Source: an uncultured Eggerthellaceae bacterium (GTDB lineage: Bacteria > Actinomycetota > Coriobacteriia > Coriobacteriales > Eggerthellaceae). From it: 64,000 nucleotides of DNA. Positions 20,798 to 28,718 of the stretch are shown in pieces (positions within the stretch are counted from its first letter, which is position 1; every line of letters begins with the position of its first letter). The notes below the pieces were generated by a model. It searched no databases and was not told the DNA's origin. It saw nothing but the letters and a program-made list of their open reading frames with translations. Where the stretch lies: assembly GCA_944321455.1 (NCBI GenBank), contig CALULI010000009.1:2703-66702 (forward strand), in the 5' to 3' direction. The translations under genes were made by a program, and so were the position numbers.

Positions 20798-22663
20798 TTA
20801 TGAGCGGCGAATGATTGTAATGAGCTTACGAGCAATTTTTCTGCCGAGGCTATCCTTCGGCAGAAGCAAATCTATAAGTCTGTTTTCCCTCTTCTTAAAC
20901 ATCTTTAGCAGTATGAGCTCGTAGCTATTTGAGCGTCGTGCTTTATTCCAGAAAACAGGAGCAAAGACAGGATCAGGGAATAGGTAAGGATAATTCTCGG
21001 CACGGTAGTTAATAATATTGGCCGTGGTGCTGTCTTTCCATTCTTTAAAAGTGCCCTCATTTGCCCATTTCTGTGTTTCTTCAAAGTTGATGCTTTGTGT
21101 TGCATCTGAGAAGTTAAACGCTGATGCATTGAGCTTCTGCAACAAAACGCTTTGAGCAGCCAGATATGAGGCGGGATATTCTTGCGGGAAGCGTTTTGCC
21201 TTAATTTTTGTAATCTGCGGTGTGTCAAACGCAGCAAAGATTTCTTGATATTGCCTTAGGATGTCCTGCAATGCAAAAGACTCCCGCAAAGCAGCAGGAT
21301 CTAAAACTATCACGGACGGGCTAAGCGTTGGTTCTGCAAGAGAATTTTGGCTGCGATAGGTGTTTAATACAGCTTTATTTTTCGGACGATTAAGCTCGCG
21401 TTCCGTAAGCACAGAAAGATTGCAAGTAAGAGGCGTATTTGCGTTTAGGGCAACTTCCACAGGATCGTTATTGAATACGCAGAGACCGTCAACCCATAAG
21501 ATCTTGTGCTGTGCATTTCCTAGCCATGGGAGCAGAAGTGGATACAAGTCGTAAAGCTCTTCCTCTGAGAGATCTAATCCAAGGCTATCCAAATCAATAT
21601 TCTGCCAGGTGGTTTGCTCGATGGCTAAATTTTTAGGAACCGCTGGAAGTAATTGCTTTGTAAAGTTGTAATCAAAGTCATGACGGCACAAAAGATGTAG
21701 GCGATAGGTCTTCTGTGGATCAAGCTGCTCAATAAGGGAGCTGATTCCTACTGCGAGTGCCTCTGGTAGTTTGTCGTAGTAACGCCACACGATATCAAGG
21801 GTGTTGTCGTCGCGGGTAGCTGTATTTTCCGCTTCAAGCGAGAAAAGGGGCTTAGTGTCCTCGAAGAACACCATAGGATATTGAGCAATTTTGTAATTGC
21901 TTGTTCGCCTTAAGTGGTTAATGAAAACGCTATAGAGAATTTCACCTAAATAACCGCACACTCGTTTTTGTGTTGTTGTGCGGTTTTCATAATCGAATTG
22001 TTTATCAAAATCAAAGAGAATGGAAAATTCAAAATCACAAAGCTGGAAGAATAAATCCTTCTTCATGATGTAGCAGTTGTAGCCAAGATACTGACTGCCG
22101 TTTAGGTATGAATCAAGGTCTTGCTTAAATTCAGGTTGGTTTTTTTCTACGATGTTTTCGAGGAGCGCAAAACCTTCTTCGTCAATAAGGCCGTAGCCCA
22201 TCATGTGTTCTTTGATGGTCTTTTTTGGTCCATCTTCTGTTGGGGTGCCTTTAACATTCCAGTAGGGTGGGGTAATAATGTCGTTACCTGCAACGCAAGA
22301 GCGAATGAGGCCCTCGTCGTCTAACCGATATTCTTTGAGCGTAAACTGATTAAGACTTTTGACCTCAATTTGTTTATGATCGTTTGCGTGGTGGCGCTTG
22401 CCGTCAAAACAGAAGTAGCGGCGATAATGACAAAGGCCATAGTAGTCCGCATTAAGATTCTTCCAAGCCCAATATTGAGCGGTTAATTCGCAGAAGGTGA
22501 AGTTTCTCTCTGAAATATTATCGCCCGTGTTGTCGGGTGTAGTGTTTTTTAAAGGAAGCTTTGCTTGTTCGGCGCCAACATGAACAGGAAGAAAAATATT
22601 GGACTGCGGCGCAACAATTCCTTTGTGACACGACATAAGTATTTTGATGTTGGGTTCAGACAC
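20798..22663 (-). CDS. DUF4422 (GT111-like galactofuranosyltransferase) plus degenerate GT8-like domain; WbbM-like architecture
   Basis: N-terminal PVHVGA, DNTGDNISERNFTFCELTAQYWAWKN, GLCHYRRYF. C-terminal LAVGISSLIEQ..YRLHLL..LLPWL..KILWVDGL follows the GT8 pattern but lacks the DxD. Confidence 0.75.
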   Translation of the reverse strand: MSEPNIKILMSCHKGIVAPQSNIFLPVHVGAEQAKLPLKNTTPDNTGDNISERNFTFCELTAQYWAWKNLNADYYGLCHYRRYFCFDGKRHHANDHKQIEVKSLNQFTLKEYRLDDEGLIRSCVAGNDIITPPYWNVKGTPTEDGPKKTIKEHMMGYGLIDEEGFALLENIVEKNQPEFKQDLDSYLNGSQYLGYNCYIMKKDLFFQLCDFEFSILFDFDKQFDYENRTTTQKRVCGYLGEILYSVFINHLRRTSNYKIAQYPMVFFEDTKPLFSLEAENTATRDDNTLDIVWRYYDKLPEALAVGISSLIEQLDPQKTYRLHLLCRHDFDYNFTKQLLPAVPKNLAIEQTTWQNIDLDSLGLDLSEEELYDLYPLLLPWLGNAQHKILWVDGLCVFNNDPVEVALNANTPLTCNLSVLTERELNRPKNKAVLNTYRSQNSLAEPTLSPSVIVLDPAALRESFALQDILRQYQEIFAAFDTPQITKIKAKRFPQEYPASYLAAQSVLLQKLNASAFNFSDATQSINFEETQKWANEGTFKEWKDSTTANIINYRAENYPYLFPDPVFAPVFWNKARRSNSYELILLKMFKKRENRLIDLLLPKDSLGRKIARKLITIIRRS

Positions 22664-22679
22664 AAATGCTCCTTATGCA

Positions 22680-23690
22680 TTAATTGGTGGTTTCAAACAC
22701 GAAACGATCTTTATGGTTGAGGTAATAGTCAATCATCTCTTTAGTTTGAGGGCCATAGCCTAAATGGCCCACCACAACGTTGTCGCTTACAACCATTGCT
22801 TTGCCGGAAAAACACGCGTAGTTGCAAATGTGCTCTTCGTCATCTCCTAAACCATATTCGCTGCCCACAAACGTAAGCGGAAAATGACCGAATTCTTCCC
22901 ATGCGTCGCGCGTAAACAGAATAGCGCCAATGCTATAGCGAACAGGGCAAATAGTGTAGCTTAAGGGTTCTTCACTGAATTTTGCAGTAAGAGCATCAAC
23001 ATTGCGCAAGACAGGTTGTGTTTCTCCCCACATGTATTTTGCTGCTTTGGGGTTTTCAAGGATCTGCTTGTTGTGATGAAGCCCATCAGTGATTTTCATA
23101 TCAGTAAGATTTGTGCTTCTGAAATCCTCTATTAAGCCACATTTTTCCAGAAGGCGAATGTGACCATAGCAACTCACGTTAATAAGAGGCGAAACAAAGG
23201 CGGGAACATAGAAACTATCGTTTTGCACCTTTTGGTAGGTTTCGTAGAGCGTTTCAAAAAAGCCCTGGGTAAGGAACATGTCTTCATCAAGCTTGTATAT
23301 CCATTTTGCTGAAGGATGAAGTTCTATTGCACGATTTTGGATGAGCGACAAATGGTTCTTTTTAGTTGCAAGGTAAGACCAATTGTGTTGTTCAGCAATA
23401 TCCATCAAGGCCTCATTTTTAAGGCCACTTGTCATGATGCATACATCTACATCATCAGGGACAATTTGCGCTAAACGTCCAAAGATGTTATCCCACAAGG
23501 GTTCTTTGTAACCAGCCAATATAATGCAAAGCTTTTCATTGTTGTTGCTGCGATTGATGAAGGTGTGTTTAGAGGCAAGAAGATCTTCGGTAGAAACTTT
23601 AGTATTGCGCAAATTTCTACGTGTTTCTAGAACAGCGCGTCCTAGCTTTGTGCTGTTAATAATGGAATAAAGACTTTCTTTTGTTGACAT
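22680..23690 (-). CDS. Putative GT-A fold glycosyltransferase
   Basis: WIYKLDEDMF (DxD), CIILAGYK, GLGDDEEHIC, VVGHLGYGPQ; lies in the wzm/wzt operon. Confidence 0.6.
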   Translation of the reverse strand: MSTKESLYSIINSTKLGRAVLETRRNLRNTKVSTEDLLASKHTFINRSNNNEKLCIILAGYKEPLWDNIFGRLAQIVPDDVDVCIMTSGLKNEALMDIAEQHNWSYLATKKNHLSLIQNRAIELHPSAKWIYKLDEDMFLTQGFFETLYETYQKVQNDSFYVPAFVSPLINVSCYGHIRLLEKCGLIEDFRSTNLTDMKITDGLHHNKQILENPKAAKYMWGETQPVLRNVDALTAKFSEEPLSYTICPVRYSIGAILFTRDAWEEFGHFPLTFVGSEYGLGDDEEHICNYACFSGKAMVVSDNVVVGHLGYGPQTKEMIDYYLNHKDRFVFETTN

Positions 23691-23873
23691 AAGTAAACCT
23701 CTGCTTATGAAAGTAAAAACTGATTATTTCCAGGGTATTCTGAAATGCTAACACGAAAAGGCTAATAAATTGGTTCTTGGGGAGATATCATTTAGAATTA
23801 CATTGATTTTCAAGTAGGTTCCTAGCTGAACTAATGTGTTGTTTTGTTTAAGAAAGATGCGTGAGTAGTTACC

Positions 23874-25943
23874 ATGTGGACTCTTTTTGCGGTTACCGTA
23901 TTGGCTGAAATTGCAATCTTGTATCTGCCTGGATTTTTAATCTTAAAAGCATTACGGCTAAATGGATTAACGAGCTTGGTACTAGCTCCCATTGTTGCAA
24001 TAGCTGTTTATGTAACATTGGGCATTGTTTTTGATAAAACAGGCATTTTTGCTTCGTGGTCGACCATGTTCTTTCCGTTGCTTGTTGTGGGCTTAGTGAT
24101 TTTCCTTGTCTCTTTGCTTCTGAGAAAGAAAGGTGAACAAAAAACCAGCAGAAAAGAACAGAGCGTAAATACCACATGGCCTTTCGTTATTTTGTATCTT
24201 GTATTTGGTTGTTTAGTTGCAGGGTATTACTTTGTGTTACCTCTTAACGGGGCTGGGTCCTTTGGGCAAGGGCCCGATAATGCTCCCCACCTCAGTTTTA
24301 TCCAAGCATTTTTGGACGCAGGCAATTATTCTTCTTTGAATTCCTCGTATTATCACGGGATAGACAATCCTTATCAAGATCCGAGTGGGAACAATGGCGC
24401 TGGTGGTTTTTATCCTACAGGTTGGCATTCAGTTGCTGCTTTGGCGGGGTCTTTGACGGGTGCTAATGCGGCAGTTTCAGCAAATGCTTCCTTGTTTGTT
24501 TTTCTAGCGATAGTTTTCCCCATCAATGTGTTCTATTTGATTCAGGTTCTTGCAAAAGATAACAAAGTTTTAATCGCTTTAGGATCTTTAGTGTGCTTAG
24601 GCTTTGGGGCATTTCCGTGGGGATTGATAACATTTGGCCCACTTTATCCAAATTTTGTCGCCTTCGTTTTTGTTCCCTTGTTGGTGGGAATGTTTGCCTT
24701 GATTTTCACTTCAGGAATTCGCGTTGGTATAAAGATTATTCTTTCTCTTTTATTTATTCTGGGTCTTTTTGACCTAATCTTTCTCCAATCGAATGCGGCG
24801 TTCACTGTGGGAGTTTTCTTGATCCCATTCTGTATTGGGTTAATCTGGAGGGCTCTTTCTAATTCAAAAAGCACAATGCTTTCAAAGCGGAGTTTCAAGC
24901 TTTTCTCTTGCGCCGTCTTTTTGATTGTCTGTTATTTTGTCTGGAATTTTGCATATGGACTACCCATTATGAGCGGTGTAGTTAGTTATCCATGGCCGCC
25001 ATATGGGTCTTTACGTCAAGAAATAGTTAATATTTTGCTCTTGTCTTATCGCGATTCTGCTGCTCAACCAATTTTGGGATTACTGGTGCTTTTCGGCATA
25101 GGCTATTTATTGCACAAAAAGCAAAATAGATGGCTCATTGGAACTTATGTGCTTACTTGTTTAATGTGTATTATAGCCGCCACGGGTACTGATGATTTTA
25201 GGTCTTTTTGGATTGGTTTTTGGTATACGGATTCCTACCGCATTGCTGCAATGGCAGCAATAGCAGCAATTCCGTTAGCCGTGTACGGTGTGTATGTTCT
25301 CTATAAACTTGTTATGCGTATATGGGATCAAATTACTGATTGGGCTTCTCTTAAGCGTTTCTCTCTGAAGAGCAAGTCAATCGTTTTTTCTATTGCGTTA
25401 GTTGGCGTCCTGTTCTATCCGAGTTTTACTATTTTTGGCGTAGGTAATATTACGACTGCACTGGGCGAGTTCGAAACAAACTGGTTCAACACCAACAACA
25501 ATATTGGTAACTGCGTTTTAGATCACGACGAACAAGAGTTTTTAACCGATGTTAAATCTATTGTGGGGGACGATTTGGTTATCAATAAACCTGACGATGG
25601 CAGCGTGTTTGCATACGGCGGGGAAGGCATTGATGTCTTTTACAAAAGAACGGGCATTGAGGCATACGAGACTGACTCTGTGGAAAGCCAATTGTTTAGA
25701 GATTCATTAGTTGAATATTCTACAAATAAAGAAGTACAGGATGCTGTTGAGAAAACTGGCGCGAAGTATCTTTTGCTGTTAGACCAAAACGTGGATGACG
25801 AGTCGCAAGAGCGTTACTGGTTTGATCATTATTATGAAAGTTTGTGGACGGGCATGGATGCCGTTAACGACAGCACACCTGGCTTTAAGGTTGTTTTAGC
25901 TGAAGGCGACATGAGGCTTTATGAAATTGAGCCCGTATCGTAA
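23874..25943 (+). CDS. Large polytopic membrane protein, DUF6541-like (putative GT-C transferase)
   Basis: Many TM segments, luminal loop GPDNAPHLSFIQAFLDAGNYSSL, FYPTGWHSVAAL, WYTDSYRIAA, soluble C-terminal domain. Confidence 0.65.
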   Translation: MWTLFAVTVLAEIAILYLPGFLILKALRLNGLTSLVLAPIVAIAVYVTLGIVFDKTGIFASWSTMFFPLLVVGLVIFLVSLLLRKKGEQKTSRKEQSVNTTWPFVILYLVFGCLVAGYYFVLPLNGAGSFGQGPDNAPHLSFIQAFLDAGNYSSLNSSYYHGIDNPYQDPSGNNGAGGFYPTGWHSVAALAGSLTGANAAVSANASLFVFLAIVFPINVFYLIQVLAKDNKVLIALGSLVCLGFGAFPWGLITFGPLYPNFVAFVFVPLLVGMFALIFTSGIRVGIKIILSLLFILGLFDLIFLQSNAAFTVGVFLIPFCIGLIWRALSNSKSTMLSKRSFKLFSCAVFLIVCYFVWNFAYGLPIMSGVVSYPWPPYGSLRQEIVNILLLSYRDSAAQPILGLLVLFGIGYLLHKKQNRWLIGTYVLTCLMCIIAATGTDDFRSFWIGFWYTDSYRIAAMAAIAAIPLAVYGVYVLYKLVMRIWDQITDWASLKRFSLKSKSIVFSIALVGVLFYPSFTIFGVGNITTALGEFETNWFNTNNNIGNCVLDHDEQEFLTDVKSIVGDDLVINKPDDGSVFAYGGEGIDVFYKRTGIEAYETDSVESQLFRDSLVEYSTNKEVQDAVEKTGAKYLLLLDQNVDDESQERYWFDHYYESLWTGMDAVNDSTPGFKVVLAEGDMRLYEIEPVS

Positions 25944-25985
25944 GGTAGGGTTCGATTAGCAACTACAACTTGGTTTATTAATGAT

Positions 25986-26011
25986 AAGGGCCTTCAGTAA
26001 TGAAGGCCCTT
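25986..26011 (+). terminator. Hairpin terminator after the DUF6541-like gene
   Basis: AAGGGCCTTCA-GTAA-TGAAGGCCCTT, a perfect 11-bp stem. Confidence 0.7.
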
Positions 26012-26028
26012 GCTTGTTGATTCCTTGT

Positions 26029-26040
26029 TGACACGTGTCA
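26029..26040. promoter_or_regulatory. Perfect 12-bp palindrome TGACACGTGTCA overlapping TTGACA; candidate HigA operator/promoter
   Basis: TTGACA at 26028-26033, palindrome at 26029-26040, TACACT at 26044-26049. Confidence 0.5.
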
Positions 26041-26050
26041 CGTTACACTT

Positions 26051-26077
26051 AATGTTGAAATTTGTGATTACCATTAA
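26051..26077 (+). pseudogene. higB: Remnant 3' end of a higB toxin gene (N-V-E-I-C-D-Y-H-stop)
   Basis: AAT GTT GAA ATT TGT GAT TAC CAT TAA lies directly before the higA RBS. It matches the VEIxDYH C-terminus of RelE-like HigB killer proteins. Confidence 0.7.
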
Positions 26078-26088
26078 GGAGTTGAACT

Positions 26089-26403
26089 ATGGATTCGGAA
26101 AACATGATTATTGTTTCGCGCAAGCCAACACATCCTGGTGAAATGCTCCGAGAGGAATTTTTGCCAGATTTTGGTTTGACCGTTGCTAAGACGGCGGAGC
26201 TTTTGCATGTATCACGACAGACGGTCAACGAATTAGTGCGTGAACGTCGTTCTATTAGTGCTGATATGGCGGTGCGCCTTGCTCGTCTGTTTGGCACAAC
26301 GCCACAGTATTGGTTGAACATGCAGCGCAATGTAGATCTATGGGATGTGCTGGATTTACACAAGGATGACCTACTCCAAGTGCAGCCCTTAGCTGCAGAA
26401 TAA
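26089..26403 (+). CDS. higA: HigA family antitoxin (XRE HTH)
   Basis: PTHPGEMLREEFL, LHVSRQTVNELVRERRSISADMAVRLARLFGTTPQYWLNMQ. Confidence 0.92.
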   Translation: MDSENMIIVSRKPTHPGEMLREEFLPDFGLTVAKTAELLHVSRQTVNELVRERRSISADMAVRLARLFGTTPQYWLNMQRNVDLWDVLDLHKDDLLQVQPLAAE

Positions 26404-26408
26404 ACGTA

Positions 26409-28253
26409 TCACGCCTTTAGCCCGCAGTCTCCCACACCTTCACCATCAGCATTGCGGTCTTTGTAAAGTGCTTCGTAAAACTGGTAACCACCAGCAATAT
26501 TTGCGCAGTCAAAGCCGTGCTGCATCAGGATTCGGCAGGCAAGGTAGCTACGCAAACCGCTTGCACAGTAAACAAGCAACTTCTTGTTCTTCGATAGCGA
26601 ATCAAGGAATGCGCGGACGTCGTCTAGCGGTGCGTTTATTGCGCCTTCAATATGGCTGCACTGGTATTCGAACGTAGTACGGGTGTCCACTATGACGGTG
26701 TTGGCGGTGTTGGTTTCGCCGTCTGTTTGGGAGCCGCGCTTGTTTTCGGTCGTAGCGTTGCCCGCTTTGTTGCTGCTTTCGGCTGCTTCGGTATCGGCGC
26801 TGTTAGCGCTCATGGGCGTTGTGTCCTGTTCAGTTGAAACACCTGCAGCTACTAATGCTTCATCCCAGGTTACTTGCGCTACTCTGCCCTCCAGGATGTT
26901 TTCAATCATGTATCCCGCCATGTTCACAGGATCCTTGGCGGACGAGTAAGGCGGCGCATAGGCAAGATCAAGATTGGTCAGATCGTAGGCGGTCATACCT
27001 GCCTTGATGGCAACCGCCAGCACATCAATGCGCTTGTCGGATCCTTCGCGGCCAATAATCTGCGCACCAAGGATGCGACCGCTTGGTCGCTCAAACAGTA
27101 CTTTCATAGTCATGGACTGCGCTCCAGGATAGTACGTGGCGTGCGACGCAGGTGAAAGAACAACTGCGTCAAAATCCAAGCCTGCAGATGCTGCCGCCTT
27201 GCTAGTCAGACCTGTGGTTGCCACCGTCAAATCAAACGCCTTCATAACCGAAGACCCTAAAGATCCTGCGAAGCGGCGGTTGATCCCACAAATGTGGTCG
27301 GCCACAATGCGTCCTTGTTTATTGGCAGGCCCTGCAAGAGCAATGTGGGCAGGATGGTCCGTGACAACGTGGGTGGTTTCAATAGCATCGCCAATAGCGT
27401 AGATGTCAGGATCGCTGGTTTGCAGATGCTCATCAACCTTGATGGAGGCTTTCATACCCAGCTCCAAGCCAGCTTCTTGCGCCAAAGCGCTTTCGGGCGC
27501 CACGCCAATGGCTAAAATAACCAGGTCAGATGCGGGAGCAAAGCTGTTATTCTCAATGCGGGTAACAAGGGTGGTTCTGCCCGATTTGTCGGTTATTTCT
27601 TCGAATCCCACCACGTTGGCGTTGAGCGTTAAATTGACGTCGTGACTCCTAAAGCAATTGTGCAAAAGCGATGCCATGTCAGGATCGAGCACGGGCATAA
27701 GATGGTTTGAGCGCTGAATAACATTGACTGTCAGGCCGCGGTCTTTCAGGTTTTCTGCCATCTCAAGACCAATGAAGCCCCCGCCCACGATGGTGGCAGA
27801 TTCGGCGTGGTTGTTTGCAATGAATTCGTCAATAGCAAACGTGTCTTCTACTGTACGCAAGGTAAAGATGCGCGATGAATTCATGCCAGGCAAGTTAGGG
27901 CTTACGGGATGTGCGCCAGGGGAAAGAATAAGCTTGTCGTAGGTTTCGGTATAGGTATCACCCGTTGCGTGGTCTAGAATTTCCACCTGCTTATTGGCGC
28001 GATCAATGCGTGTGACTTCTTGGCTGGTGCGCACATCAATCTCAAAGCGCGCGCGGAAACTTTCAGGAGTTTGTAGCGTCAGCTTCTTGCGGTCTTTGAT
28101 AGTTCCGCCAATGTAGTAGGGTAAGCCGCAATTGGCATAGGACACGTAATGGGTGCGCTCGATAATGATGATTTCTGCGTTTTCATCAAGACGGCGGAGT
28201 CGGGCTGCTGCGGTAGCTCCGCCCGCAACGCCTCCTACAATAACAACCTTCAT
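26409..28253 (-). CDS. CoA-disulfide reductase-like FAD oxidoreductase with C-terminal rhodanese domain
   Basis: MKVVIVGGVAGGATAAARLRR, SYANCGLPYY, GGGFIGLE, LDLAYAPPYS, rhodanese YCASGLRS. ATG at 28253; the ORF track starts at 28331. Confidence 0.9.
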   Translation of the reverse strand: MKVVIVGGVAGGATAAARLRRLDENAEIIIIERTHYVSYANCGLPYYIGGTIKDRKKLTLQTPESFRARFEIDVRTSQEVTRIDRANKQVEILDHATGDTYTETYDKLILSPGAHPVSPNLPGMNSSRIFTLRTVEDTFAIDEFIANNHAESATIVGGGFIGLEMAENLKDRGLTVNVIQRSNHLMPVLDPDMASLLHNCFRSHDVNLTLNANVVGFEEITDKSGRTTLVTRIENNSFAPASDLVILAIGVAPESALAQEAGLELGMKASIKVDEHLQTSDPDIYAIGDAIETTHVVTDHPAHIALAGPANKQGRIVADHICGINRRFAGSLGSSVMKAFDLTVATTGLTSKAAASAGLDFDAVVLSPASHATYYPGAQSMTMKVLFERPSGRILGAQIIGREGSDKRIDVLAVAIKAGMTAYDLTNLDLAYAPPYSSAKDPVNMAGYMIENILEGRVAQVTWDEALVAAGVSTEQDTTPMSANSADTEAAESSNKAGNATTENKRGSQTDGETNTANTVIVDTRTTFEYQCSHIEGAINAPLDDVRAFLDSLSKNKKLLVYCASGLRSYLACRILMQHGFDCANIAGGYQFYEALYKDRNADGEGVGDCGLKA

Positions 28254-28718
28254 GGCGTATCCTTTCGGTGTTTTTGGCTGATGTGTTTTGTTGGCGTAAT
28301 GTGCTTGTTGGGCTTGTTTGTCAGCACTCATTGTATGCCAGGTATTTGCTGTATGTCAGGTTCTTGCGAAAAGTGTTCAGGAATGTTCGCGGTATCTAAT
28401 GAGCAGCGCCTGTTAGGGCGTGCTGGGATTATGTCTGCTGGGATTAGTCTGCTGCGACTGCGCTTGTTGTGGTACGCTGCCGCGGAGCGCAGTAGCGGCA
28501 TCTAATGCGACCGCGGTTGTGACAGTTGTATAACGTTTTTAAAACGAGCGATTCCGTTGCGCACGCGTGATTACAATAGTTGGTATTCATTTTTGATTGT
28601 CTAGGGCGGTCTTTGACTGCTCAGGGTTGTTTGTCTGTTGCAGAGTGTTACCTGTGCAGGGCGTCATTTGTTACAGGGCGTAACCCGCTATAGAGTGCAA
28701 ACGTCAAGGGGTATATGC

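Noticed and set aside
28254-28331. 26-aa N-terminal extension of the CoA-disulfide reductase in the ORF track
   Set aside because: Family similarity begins at MKVVIVGG (28253), which has an AAAGGA RBS; the extension is probably untranslated leader.
28149-28505. 118-aa + strand ORF and other short ORFs overlapping confident genes throughout the track
   Set aside because: They overlap well-supported CDSs, lack motifs and have no convincing RBS.
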